Shown: in pieces, positions 1 to 13,287 of the stretch
Layout of the letters: every line of letters begins with the position of its first letter
How positions within the stretch are numbered: position 1 is the first letter of the stretch
DNA from: Eledone cirrhosa
Lineage: Eukaryota
DNA: 64,000 bases
Assembly (NCBI GenBank): GCA_964016885.1
Contig: OZ024743.1
Coordinates: 313,968,001 to 314,032,000, forward strand
Direction of reading: 5' to 3'
Program-made: the position numbers and the translations under genes
Notes under the pieces: model-generated
Seen by the model: the letters and a program-made list of their open reading frames with translations, nothing else
Told to the model about the DNA's origin: nothing
The model's database searches: none

Positions 1-840
1 ATTACGGACAGGTCAAACGGGAAGAAAGGGGAGGAGGAGAGGTAGTGACAGAGAGGGAGTGAGTGAAAGGTGACTTTTTTTAGCCGTTGCTCGCACCAAC
101 CTGAGGTATACGGCCTTTAATGCGACGAAATGCCTTCGAGGGTTGGAAGGCCACTGATGAGGACAAACTTTTTCATATGTAACCCATTTGCAGCGCCGCA
201 GCTCCATTATTATCATATTTACACATATATTTTTTTCTCCGCTGCCACCAGTCTGTTTCGTTCTTTGTGTCTTTACCCTTTCTAGCAGTCTCTCTCTCTC
301 TTTTAGCCTCTTCCTCACCTTTCACTCACTCACTCTCTGTCACTACCTCTCCTCCTGCCCTTTCTTCCCGTTTGATCTGTCCGTAATCTTTTTCTCGCGG
401 GCACTTGGCCAAGCCGGTATGAATTTTTTTCTCTCTCTCTCGTCTGCGACTTCACAGAACTTATGTTTACCGAATTCGCAGACCAGACCCCTTCTTCCTC
501 CCGTTAGACCTGTGCGAAATTCCTTCCTTGCTCACATTTCAACCAGGTTTGATGGTCTTTATTCTCTCGTTCACGATTCCACCGAATTTATATTCATAGA
601 AATCTGGGACTTGTTTCTTCTTCATCACTTTCTGTTGCTTAAACCATTTTGTTTGTTTACCATAGCGTCCCCCTTATTTACGTGTCCCAACGACTCTTTT
701 TAGCCGTTGCTCGCACCAACCTGAGGTATATGGCCTTTAATGCGACGAAATGCCTACGACGGTTGGAAGGAGGCCACTGATGAGGACAAACATTTTCATA
801 TGTAACCCACCTGCAGCGCCGCAGCTCCATTATTATCATA
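1..840 (+). mobile_element. Non-coding element with direct terminal repeats (PLE-derived non-autonomous or retrozyme-like)
   Basis: ~72-217 is repeated at ~691-840. Both repeats contain CGAAA...GTTGG...CTGATGAGGAC. Related copies at 21490-22080 (-) and ~36420-36660 (+). Ends at (TA)n. Confidence 0.6.
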
Positions 841-1579
841 TATATATATTTATATATATATTGGAAAATGTGTGAGATCCTTGGTAGAATTGGGTATATT
901 TGAAAGAAAAAAAATGAGTTCACTTGTAGTTGGTATTCTATAGCATTTTATTTTTACAATTCTGTGGAAAACATTGGTAACAGTATTTTTAAAAATCCTG
1001 GTTAACTTTCTGGAGAACTTTCTCGTATTGGTCGGTGGCGATTGTCAAACTGATCTACAGTTAAAATGTGTTGGTGTATATATAAGCAATATATAGGGCA
1101 GTTCCGGTAGCAAAGCATTTACAATTCAACATTTAGGAAAACAAACCAAAGCTGTTATTATTATTAGTCATTTATTTATACATCGTTACTGACGTGTCGA
1201 CGCGGCTAGAATATCACATCTATTTGTGGAGAAAGCTGGATCTTACCGGTTAATTATTTTCTCCATTATACGTGCTTAATTCAGAACATATCTCTTTAGG
1301 AAATATTTATGAAATATAACAATACATTTATATCATAAGGAAAGATATCAAGAATAACAGAGGAACCAAAGCATGGTGCATTCAAGCATCGAATTTAAAT
1401 TTTCAAATGTAAAACATAAGCTTGTTTACGTCTTCAGATATGCAAAATGAAATGCTCATCTGTGTTTTTTTCAGAAAGTATGTTACAATATGCTAAAACT
1501 ATATATTTGTTACAGCAGGGGTTGGTAACATTTCTTTTTCTAGATATATGGCAGTATTTTAGTTATATATATATATATA

Positions 1580-1924
1580 AAAAAAAAATAAATATATAGA
1601 CAGACTGAACAAAAAAAAAAAAAAAAATGGCGTAGACATACAACACAACAGGGGGAACAATGAATATAACACCACTGACGATGTTGCAGATGTGCAACGA
1701 AAGATTTATGTAGATTATGTAAACTATATATATATGTGTTTGTCTATATTGTATCTGTATTATTTTTGACCGCCGGTCAGTCAATGGCAACATTGAGGAC
1801 CGAGTAAGTTAGATCGCAGATATATATATATAAAAGACAGCGAGAAGCGAAAACCAACCAAACAGTGAGTGTGTTCTGTTATTAATTCTGGCAATATTAC
1901 GCAAATATGACCCTCCCCAAATAT

Positions 1925-1930
<6 letters not shown>
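1580..1930 (+). mobile_element. Solo PLE pseudo-LTR
   Basis: Flanked by (TA)n and carries an HHR at 1673-1710. Shares AARATGGCGTAG and ATGACCCTCCC..AATATAACAAT with the pLTR of the 19350-21470 family. Confidence 0.6.
1673..1710 (+). ncRNA. Minimal type I hammerhead ribozyme
   Basis: CA-CTGACGA-T-GTTGCA-gatg-TGCAAC-GAAA-gatt-TA-TG: canonical core and 6-bp stem II, but stem I is weak. Confidence 0.65.
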
Positions 1931-1994
<64 letters not shown>

Positions 1995-1997
<3 letters not shown>

Positions 1998-2960
1998 TAA
2001 AAGGAATTCCAACTTTGTCTGATTTACTCGTTTTATTTACAATCCTTTAAAATGTATAATGGTATTAGAATGAAATAGTATGGTAGAATATTAAATGTTA
2101 AATATTAATTGAACAAGTACTTTCATGCTTTAGCAATCTTCAGGTTCATATTCCGTGGTGACAGTCAAGTTTGCAATTTTCAACTGTAATGAGATGGGTA
2201 AATTCTGTGCCTTATATACAGTCAAAAGCGGCTACAGGATGCTAAATTTTGCAAACTGTATTTCGACCAATCGGTGGGTAGTTTCACTGGTTTATTAAAG
2301 CTGATTGGTTTAGGCGTCACGGATGGTTGAGCATGTCTAACCATTACTGTTTGACCCTATCCAAAGCATCAATTGTTTTGCTATTTTTAGAAAATAATGA
2401 AAATAGCATTTTCTAGTAATCACCACCAACAACATCACTTTTATTATTATTATTGTTGTCGTTGTTGTTAGTAGTGGTAGTCGACATGACATGGTCGTAG
2501 TCATAGTCATAGTAGGAGTAATACCCCTTTATTATTGTTCATTTAGCTTGGGTTGGAATTTATCAATAAAATTCTTTTCTTTGATTTTCTCTTGATTTCA
2601 CTTGGACTGTGTAATTTGTAGAATGGAAATATCTTAAATATTCTCTGACCACACGTTGCTAGATGGTTGCTCAGGGGTATCTGATTTGCTGTCGGTGCAC
2701 CCTTGCACGTTCCCATAGTGCATTTCCAGTTTGATCGACATATATTCCTTCACAATTCGGGCATTTAATGCAGTAAATTAGATTTTTGCTTTTGCAGTTC
2801 ATATTTGCATTTGTGAATATTTTTCCACTTTTTGTGTTCATATATTGACCGGTGTGTATGGATTGACATGTGCCACTTCGACTATCATTGCATTTAGATA
2901 TAGTAAATGATTGGTCTTTTTTGTTAAGGTCAAACTTTGCTTTTGTTAGTAATTGCTTCA

Positions 2961-2965
<5 letters not shown>
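1995..2965 (-). mobile_element. 5'-truncated Penelope-like element (GIY-YIG end plus pLTR)
   Basis: ORF 2671-2961(-) has the GIY-YIG signature NLIYCIKCPNCEGIYVDQTG..RARVH. HHR in the 3' part. (TA)n on both sides. Confidence 0.85.
2110..2148 (-). ncRNA. Minimal type I hammerhead ribozyme
   Basis: Reverse complement TGAAC-CTGAAGA-tTGC-taaa-GCAt-GAAA-GTAC-TT-GTTCA, with a palindromic stem III typical of PLE HHRs. Confidence 0.85.
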
Positions 2966-3004
<39 letters not shown>

Positions 3005-3049
3005 GGAGAGAGAGAAAGAGAGAGAGAGAGAGAGTTAGAGAGAGAGAAC

Positions 3050-3843
3050 ATTTCGCTCTACATGGCTGAATACAATAAATGTAATCTAAGTTTTTCGAAT
3101 ATGAATAATAACATTCAGTTCAGTTACAATTATGCAAACAAGCCTCAATTTTATAGCCATGTCAGTAGAATATGTATTTTTGAAAATAGCATATATTTTC
3201 ACTAGCTCTGACAGTTTGGCAGGTGAACAGTGAGCTGTACTGATGAAGGGTGATACCCAGAAACATTAGTGTCTGCAGTTCTGTTCGCATGCCAATATAA
3301 GAGCAAGAATGAAGTGTTCATTCTACTGACATGGCTATAAAATTGAGGCTTGTTTGCATAATTGTAAACGAATTGAATGTCATTATTAATATTCGAAAAA
3401 CTCAGATTACATTTATTGTATTCAGCCATGTAGAGCGAAATTTTCTTTTTTTGTTTGAATTTGGCAAAGCCGGCCATTTATCGCTCGTATACAGGAAATT
3501 GGCTCGCCAGTCTGTTGATATGCGAATCTGGCTGATCAGTGGATCTGCTAATATGCAGATCTGACTGATCAGCCAGTCTGCTAATATGCAAGACAGGCCG
3601 ATCAGTCAATGTGTATTTTTGAAAATAGCGCATATTTTCACTAGCTCTGACAGTTTGGCATGTGAACGGTGAGCTGTACTGATAAAGGCTGATACCCAGA
3701 TACATTAGTGTCTGCAATTCTGTTCGAATACCAACATAAGATCAAGAATGGAGTGTTCATTCTACTGACATGGCTATAAAATTGAGGCTTGTTTGCATAA
3801 TTGCAAACGAATTTAATGTTATTATTAATATTCGAAAAACTCA
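3050..3843 (+). mobile_element. Tandem ~438-bp HHR repeat (retrozyme-like or non-autonomous PLE), copy 1
   Basis: HHR cores at 3240 and ~3679. Internal ~30-bp repeats (CTGATCAGCCAGTCTGCTAATATGCAGAT). 3050-3170 is an inverted copy of ~3320-3440. No real ORF. Confidence 0.75.
3234..3279 (+). ncRNA. Type I hammerhead ribozyme
   Basis: GCTGTA-CTGATGA-aGGGT-gat-ACCCa-GAAA-CATTAGTG-TC-TGCAGT. Confidence 0.85.
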
Positions 3844-4196
3844 TATATATATATATAGTAACAATAATATATATATATATATATATAGTAATAATAATAA
3901 ATTTGAAGACTAAAATCCAAAGAGGGCTCGATAAGCATAAATATATATCAAATATATAAGAACCGTAGAGCAAATATTTATTAAAATAACAGATTAAATT
4001 TTAAGCATAGAATCACTGCACACATATTTATATGTGCGTGTATTTGTATACCTATGGCGAGTGTTTTCGCGTATGCTCGTGTATATGTAGATATATGGAT
4101 GCGTGTATGTATTTATTTAATTTCAATTACCTCTGTTTTTTATTTACTTTATTCTTAACTCTGAAGCCGATAATCATTCGGTTTCCTAGTTAGAAT

Positions 4197-4470
4197 TTTA
4201 GTCTACGACTTCAGTTATACCATTTACGTGGTTTTGTCTTTGCTTACAATTGTTCTCCACGCTCCACATATAACGTATTATCTTCGTTTTTTCCGTTCAT
4301 TACCAGAGAACGTCTCTATGAACCACCTAATAGAATATTAGTCTACGACTTCTTTTATACCATAAACGTGGTTTTGTCTTTGCGTGTAATTGTTTTTCAC
4401 CGCTCCAAATAATGACGTATTATATTCTTTTTTTCCCCTTCTTTGCCAGGGAACGTTTCCACGAACCAAA
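4197..4470. repeat. Diverged ~140-bp tandem duplication
   Basis: TTAGTCTACGACTTC...GAACCA occurs at ~4198 and ~4338. Confidence 0.7.
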
Positions 4471-4699
4471 GTATCGTCTTCCCGTCTTCCTCCGGTTGCA
4501 ACGTTTTTTGAAATATTCACTTCTGCGTTCACAAATTGACTTTGTTAGTTTCAGAAGATTGTTAGTTTCGAAATTTACACACAGATATATTTAATATTTA
4601 GATTGATGGATACCTCTAGATAATTCAATAATTCAAAAATTCGAGTTTACTCCTTCACAAAGCTATGCCTAAATGTATATTCATGTGTTTGTATAGATA

Positions 4700-5300
4700 T
4701 ATATAATTTTTGCATTATCTAATCAAACCCTATTCATCCACGACAATACAAACTTCCCTCCCTATGCTTTATACTATACAAAATATTACTCCTTGTATCT
4801 CTATCCCTGATCAATTCTCTTTTGCTTTCTATACTTCTAGTAACTATATTTTCTCCTCATGTGTTTCTCTCTGTCTTTCTTCTTTCTTCAATAATTTAAA
4901 TTATTTGAATCTCTAACAGTTATGTAAATTGCTATTATGTATTTTTAAGCTTTCTCACACGCACCCTCTGTATTATATGTAAATATTTTTATGTCTCAAT
5001 CTTAAGGTATATAAATATTGAGTTTTGTCATATCTTATTCATTACCATGACCGAATCTTACCCATCTACTATGTCAGTGTCATTCATCATCTTATTTTAA
5101 GTGATGAGGACGTACTGTTGAAGTTAGCTCAGTACCTCTGGAATATGTATAATAAATTATACTTGATCACACGAATATCTATTTTTGTTAATATTTAGAA
5201 TTAATATTAATAACTCCGGAAAACCTTTTTTCTGTTGAGTGCTTCCACTCTATTGTAAAACTCATTTTTTGATTTATTCATTGAACCTTGTTTAACCTTT
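4700..5300 (+). mobile_element. Degenerate PLE pLTR with tail
   Basis: Degenerate HHR at ~5095-5157 (GTGATGA..GTACTG/CAGTAC..GGAA-TATGTA-TA). TTGAGTGCTT tail motif at ~5235. Followed by (TA)n. Confidence 0.45.
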
Positions 5301-5302
5301 AA

Positions 5303-6110
<808 letters not shown>

Positions 6111-6327
6111 GCATATATATATATATATTTATATATATATAGAATATATATATAATATATATATATATAATATATATATATAATAACGAAGAGTGCAGTA
6201 CAAAGTGTTAGTATTAGGTACACGCTTGAGAGTGAGGGGGTGGGGGACATTTCGGAAATAAGCCCTGCATCAGGAGAAAAGTGGGAAGGAAAAGAGTTCC
6301 GAGGGTGTGTATATATGTGTATGTATG

Positions 6328-6373
<46 letters not shown>

Positions 6374-6376
<3 letters not shown>

Positions 6377-6549
6377 CGAAGGGAGTGTGGTAAGGAACCA
6401 GGTGGACCATAACGCACCAAAGTACTCAATACTTGAGGTAGTAGAGTGGGTAATAGGAACCAGAAAGACCCCGACAGCTGAGCTCAAGCCGTTTCGACGG
6501 AATTAGCCGTCGAAACGGCTTGAGCTCAGCTGTCGGGGTCTTACTGGTT

Positions 6550-6552
<3 letters not shown>
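6374..6552. mobile_element. Mini fold-back Naiad PLE remnant (pLTR end palindrome plus tail)
   Basis: ~6452-6499 and 6507-6554 are inverted copies of the Naiad 3' end (cf. 22081-22135 and 24535-24670). Sits inside (TA)n. Confidence 0.8.
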
Positions 6553-6617
<65 letters not shown>

Positions 6618-6869
6618 CAAATGGAAACTATATTTATGAAACCATATTTATTTCATTATACATATTTCAAGGACACCAAGTTAAATTATAGAGGATTATT
6701 AGAGGATAAGGGAAGACATGTAAAAGAGAAAATGACTGTATTGGATGTTTGTCTGGTTACAGTATGAGGCGAGTCCGTGGTGTCTGTGTGATACAAAAAA
6801 AGTAAAAAAAAATATTCCAGACATACCAGATTCTTCGTTGTACCGTTTGTGCATAGTATATGAACAATT

Positions 6870-7000
6870 CTAGGTGCTCCTACCTAGAATAGTGACCTGT
6901 AAGACATGGTTCATCTTCTGCCTGACTGTAAAACGTGTATCATTGCATAGACGTGGTTGTTCCACGTTTCTCAAAAGGATGATGGAAGTTCCAATCTTAT
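6870..7000 (-). pseudogene. Short Helitron PIF1-helicase fragment (second family)
   Basis: KIGTSIILLRNVEQPRLCNDTRF matches the Helitron/PIF1 motif KxGxPIILLRNxxxxxLCNGTRL. Confidence 0.7.
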
Positions 7001-7716
7001 ATATTATATGTAGATATAAATATAGATAATTAATATAAAAGATGTCCTTCAATGTAAATAAGGTCCCTATTTACTTGAAATGGTTTATACAAATGCCAAA
7101 TTAATATGTATATGGATAACATGCTTATCTATACGTGGTCAGCTATAATAATAAAACAACAAATTATATGACACAAACATTTATTCAGTAATTTCCAGGC
7201 TCATAGCAACTGAGTAATAGACAGTCAATGTTGCCCAAAGTTCAACTGGGGGGAGGTGGCCTAGTTTGAACTCCAAATGGCGGATCCTTCTACTTCGAAA
7301 ATAGAATCGTTTTTCAATATTACTCTAGCCCTGGCCGGCCATAGGATCCAACCTTTTTGCCAGACTCAGTTTTATTACCACCGCTATCAGAAGCGATAAA
7401 TTTAAAGGCAATTTCTACCAATACATGTTGGTTTGTATTGCTCATTATCGACAATAAATGACATTGAACAGAAATGATAACTCTGTCAAAGCTCACAATA
7501 CTGATCAAAGGACAGCAATGTCTGAATCATTTACGTCGAATATTCATAGCAGTGAAGGCACTTTTCACCAATACTAGTTTGCTTTTATTGCCCATAACCG
7601 CATTAAATGACATTGAACATAAATGATAACTCTGTCAAAGCTCACAATACTGATCAAAGGACACCAATATCCGAATCATTTACGTCTCTTATTGATAGCA
7701 TTAAAGATATGCATAC

Positions 7717-10700
7717 ATCAGCTCAAAGCTTCATTATAGACAATATTCAGGGTTGTTCCTCTGTTAGTGGTATCAATTGCAAATATTATACCATCAGGAT
7801 CGCACACTCGAGATGCAGCAACATACAGTTGCCCATGGCTGAATTCTGGATCATTCAACTAGACACCGACTCGCTTGAAAGTCTGTCCCTCTGCCTTGTT
7901 GACAGTCATGGAGAAGGCCAAATTGACGGGAAACTGTCTCCTTTGCCAAATGAATGGAAGCAGTTCTTCACTTGGTCCCAGCATGATCCTCGGAATGAGA
8001 ACCGAGTCCTCTCTGCCTGGGAGTTTAGCTTCTAAAACTCTTCCGTTAATCAATCTCTCAACAATCAATCTGGTACCATTGCAAAGACCCATTTTATGAT
8101 TGATATTTCTAAGTGATATAATCGGCAAACCCTTTTTCAACCTCAAAATATGTGGGGGGGGGGGGGGGAATCCGGGTATTTGAAGTGAATTCAGATACTC
8201 AGTCGGAACATCTATATTGTTTTGCTGAATAGGCTCCATTGCATCCGCACTGACGGTCAACCATTTCTCTCCAGGAAACATTCCGGCTACTTGGGAATGT
8301 ATTTCATCGACCGTTGCATTCGTATGAGTTAGAATAACGCGTTCCGATATCCAGGAGATATTCTGCCAAAAAGCATTCAAATTAGGGAACACCCAGTACA
8401 TCAATGCTTGGAGATCCAGTGGCATGACTAAATGATCTGGGATGCTTACAGTCTGATTATCACCAACGTGTGGCAATTCATCGTTTCCCAACTGCATCAA
8501 CCATCGGCCGTATGTCTCAGCCTCTACGTTTTGCCCGAACATACGAAGTCGCATATTATTGTGTAATCGCAAAACTCTGAAATGGCGCCACAACGGGGAC
8601 TTTTTCAGACATGCATCGACAATTTGCGCTCTTTGAACATTCCTAACAATTGGTAGCACCTGTCAGAAATCGCCACCTGTCAGAAATCGCCACCAAAAAC
8701 GATAGTCTTACTACCGCAGATATCTCTCAAAGTTTTGTCCAATGCCTCCAGCAAATATCTGTGTGCCATTGGAGCCTCGTCCCAAATAATCAGAGACGTA
8801 TTGCGTATAAGGCCCGCGAGTTCACTTTGTCCTGTAATGTTACCGACACTCAACTCATCCGAAGCCAACGGAGCCTTGAAGCATGAGTGGAAGGTCCTTC
8901 CACCACTCAGCAAAGTGACAGCGATCCCACCGGTGGCCACAGGGAGAGCGCTCTTCCTCTGAGCTCTGACTGCCGATCACATAGTTTTGAAACAGAATGT
9001 CTTTCCGGTGCTCCTGAAGCATCTATGAAAGCACAAAGGTGCTCATTAGTGGAAATCAAATGGAGAACGCCATCGACCAATTCTCTCTGAGATTGGGTCA
9101 ACATTGGCATACGTTCATCCACAATACGAAGCTGTTCCAGTGGATCAAACTGGAATGTTCCCTCCGATCGAGTGGCAACCGTCTAAGCTGCAATCTCATG
9201 TTCAATGCTAAGACCCGTTGCCGCATTTCTTCATCAGGAATTGGCAAATTGAATTCTCTTAAACATTTCAAATGAACTTCAAGCGGTTGCTCAATATTGA
9301 GCAAAACAATAGTTTCATCAAATTTTCATCATCGACCTGAAGATGGTGCCTAAAATCATCAGCCATAATTCCCCAATGGCGATCAAATAACTCTCTTGGG
9401 TCGGCAGGATTGCAGAATCCTAGAATCGTGACAAACAACTACCTTATTTGATCTGGCATATGTGTTTTTCCTGCAGCTTCCATGGCGTTATTACATTCAG
9501 CGTCATCCTGAAGGAGTCCCAGATGCTGACACACAGCCTGGTATGTTTCATATTCCACACCATTGATTGTTTTCAAATCAGCGAAGCTCTGTTTACCTCT
9601 CGAAAAGTCATTATGCAACTGAATTCGGAGATAAAACACATCACCAGGTGCTGGATCGACATTACAAACCCGTCCAATAAGTCATGAATCTCAACTTTTG
9701 TTTTCTATCATTCCATTTCTTTCCCTTCTTATCCCACGTGTAGTGCGAAGCTAAATCGCAGTAGAGTTGTCTTTGATCCGGATTCAAAGCAAGTTCCCTA
9801 TTATGTTTGAACCACTCAGTCAATTCCATCTTAGGGGGTGATGCGTTAGCAATTCTTTCGACACCTCTTCTAGTGTCCTGAAAACAGACCATTTGCCTAT
9901 CCTCTAAGTTAACCGTCAGTTTCTGAACGCTTGGTTTGCGTTCATTGAGATCAAAATCGAACAATCTCCAGCAAGCTTCGCTAGATCCAATCGAGCGAAC
10001 ATCCTGGAACCTGCCAACTTCATCTCCTTGGTTCGCTTCCTCATTCCTGACATTGATCATTGCCCGATCATGACATTTGTAAACATATTTGAATAGATAT
10101 TTGCAAGCTTTGACTGGGCTACAAATTTCCACATTACTATGACAACGATATTTCATATTCAAATATGGATTGTATGGCACAACCCATTGATTTGTAACTT
10201 GTCGACCGTTTACATTTTCGACCAAACCGCCATCTGCAGGCGACCATCTTCTGTATGAGGGATGAGCATCCCCATCGTTCCAGGAATTTTTTGTAACAAA
10301 AGATTTCGGAAAGTGCTTACTGCATTGGCCATTTTTCATGCAAGGCGCTTTCCAATTTGTCACTCCGCATTAGTTGTGCACCATTGACTTTGCCACCAAG
10401 TTGCGTAGTGCCTCGTTCTCCGGCAGTTCAGCACACACTATGCTGTCAACATCCTCAGCACATCTCAATTTGCAATCTCTATGTAAAATGATCAGCCAAT
10501 GTGCATGTGGCAATCCTCTTTTTTGGAATTCAATTACGTATGTAAAAGCAACTATACCTCAAAAGATTCCCTCTTTTTCCCCATCATCCATTATCTTTTT
10601 CAGATATCCTTTGAATACTCTTGCCACAATATCAGGACGGTCATTTGGCTGTTGTCTTGGCAAAAGTGCATCCTTAATATCAGTCCATTCAGGATTGCAT

Positions 10701-12480
10701 GTAACCGTTATAAACAAATCTGGCTTTCCAAATTTTCTGACAATAGCCATTGCATCCTGATAGCGAATGTTCATATATCTCGGGCCCACGATGAACTACG
10801 ATTGCAAAATGATGCGTCGACCAATTTGCTTGTAATTGGCATCATCGGCTGTTATAGCATCCTGTATGTTATTATACAATTTAGCTCTGATATGTTGCTG
10901 ATGTGTAGCTATATAATTTAGCCTTTGATTTTCGATCTTTGCGAATGCCATACAACAGTATTCCTGGAACAATCTGCTGGCTTGAAATAGTGCATTTCTC
11001 TGTTGATTCCTCTCGTTCAAATGGAACGCGTAAAAGTCGCGAATCGAAGTCTATTGCCGCGTCCCTGTTGATGCTGATTCTCATGATCATCTCAATGAAC
11101 AGACATGTTCCATCCATTTTCACCTTTTGGGAATAAAAGAACATAATGCAATGGATCCTATGCCCCATTTGACTCATTGATAGTCTTGAGACCATCATCT
11201 CTGCGATTGGGGACGATATCTCTCGACCCAGGCTTATCGTCCATCAACACAGCAACTTCACGAAATCCTTCAGGGGCATTATATCGCCGTTCGTGTTGAT
11301 TTCTTGGCACTGCGTCAGCCTTAATCACCAATATTTGCTGCTGAACATTTTGCAGTTCAGCTACCAACATGAAATCCATAACATAAGGATTACACTGTCT
11401 AAGCCATGGATCAAATCACTTAACCTTTGCCGTTCAAGTTCAGTTATATTTCCCGGAAACTTCATCCAACCGATCCTAATATTCTCCTCCGATTCACTAT
11501 AATCTGGATCGTTAACGTAAATTTGAGCGAATCGAGGCCTCTCTCCTGAGGTAACTTCTAAATCACCGATACAATGATACAAACGGCCTTGAATGACTAC
11601 ATTCGGTTGCCATGCTCCACTCTCAAACATCTCACTAACTCTCTGTGATGCTAAAGCTAATGAATTGTTAATTTGCCGCGAATATTTGCGCAGTAATCTA
11701 CCTCGGTCTCCTTGATCACCCCAAATACTTAGTATTTTAAACTCCGGTGACTCCTCATCATCCGGCATTCGCAATGGTTCTAGTTGAACTGCTCCTTTAT
11801 GACAGCACATTGTGGTCCACGTCTTTTCGTGCCTCCAGAGTAATGCTCCACAATGTGGTCACTCTGATCGTCCACCAATCTGAAAATGACACGGTTGCCA
11901 TGATCCATTTTTAATATCCATCGTTCGCCTTGTAGCCTCTTTACTGGAATGAGGAGCACTTTGGCGACAGATTCTCTGAACTTCTGTATTGCGCTGGCGG
12001 TGTTCAGCCAGCTTCTCTTCATCCATCGCAGCACGCCGTTGCTGCTGAATTCTGACCATCTACTGATGATGCTCAGCCAGTTCGTCTTCAACCATCGCAG
12101 CACGCCATCGCTGCTTAGCTACAGTGTTTCGTTGGCGTTGTACAGTCAGCTCCTCTTCATTCATGGCGGCACATCTTCGCCTCTGAAGTTCGGCGTTCCG
12201 ATGGAGCTGTTCGGCCCGTTTTTCTTCATTGTTGGCTGCACGCCGTCTCCTTCTCTCATTGCTCTCCTTGCTCTCCTTTTATCCTTGCTCTCTTTGCTCT
12301 CTTTTTATTCTTGCTCTCTTCCCTCTCCTTTTATCCTTGCTCTCCTTGCTCTCATTTTATTATTAATCTCCTTGCTCTCTTTTTCTCTTTGGTCCCCTTG
12401 CGCTCCATTTCTCATTGCTTTCCTCGCTCTCCTTTTCTCCTTACTCTCCCTTTATCTCCATTTCTCCTTGTATCTATGTA
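7717..12480 (-). mobile_element. Helitron RepHel gene, frameshifted or decayed
   Basis: Colinear fragments on the minus strand: charged N-terminal repeats, Zn finger (EH..A...CCHKG.V.L), HUH Rep (GPRYM..RYQDAMAIVRKFGKPDLFITVTCNPEW; EFQKRGLPHAH; YLFKYVYK), and PIF1 helicase (ATGGIA..LLSGGRTFHS, IIWDEAPM, FGGDF, LCNGTRL, RQFPV.LAFSMTVNKAEGQT). Confidence 0.95.
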
Positions 12481-12577
12481 CTTGTTTATATACAAATACA
12501 ATGAGAAATGGGGAGCAAGGAGAAAGATGAGAGCAAGGATAGTAAGAAGAGTATATATATACATATCATATATATAA

Positions 12578-13287
12578 TCAATGTTTAGCAAATAAGAAAT
12601 AGTTTCAAATTAAATTTCAAAAAATTCACTGTACTTACTATGGTTACCTTTACCGAATCGGTTTCGAGTCTCAAAAATAAATGGACAGTCCTTGCGGGCT
12701 TCCATTGAAAAGATAAACTCTCGTCAGAAGGTTCTTTTCACTCGGAGAATATAACACTCCCGAGTTCAAATTACGAACTGGCGCTATTCAAAATTGTTCC
12801 CGACATGAGAATGAATGATGTGGAAGCAATTCTGTCCAGTGCCGTGTGTAAAGATAGTAGGCAGAGGCAGGGAGGTCAATCTACTACCACTATAAATAGC
12901 AGTAGTCAAAACGACCAAATTTTATCTCGACCAAGAGGAGATTAATAATAATAAAGTATATATCCCTACACGCAAAAAGCTTATAGGGACACATGTATTG
13001 TCCAACCATATGCCAATGTGGTTCAATGGCAGGTTAATAAATTAACGAGCCAGAAGGACTGTCCATTTATTTTTGAGACTCGAAACCGATTCGGTAAAGG
13101 TAACCATAGTAAGTACAGTGAATTTTTTGAAACTTATTTTGAAACTTTTTCCTATTTGCTAAACCTTGATTATATATGTTCTGGCTCGTTAATTTATTAA
13201 CCTGCCATAGAACCACAATGGCATATGGTTGGACAATACATGTGTCCCTATACGCTTTTTGCGTGTAGGGATATATATTTTATTATT

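Noticed and set aside
3500-3610. ~30-bp repeats as a CRISPR array
   Set aside because: Contiguous minisatellite with no unique spacers or cas genes, in a eukaryotic context.
4145-4195. Hammerhead-like CTGAAG-CCGA..TCGG motif
   Set aside because: It lacks the GAAA box and the core is incomplete.
11949-12530. Hydrophobic 193-aa ORF resembling a membrane protein
   Set aside because: It is antisense to the purine-rich Helitron N-terminal repeats.
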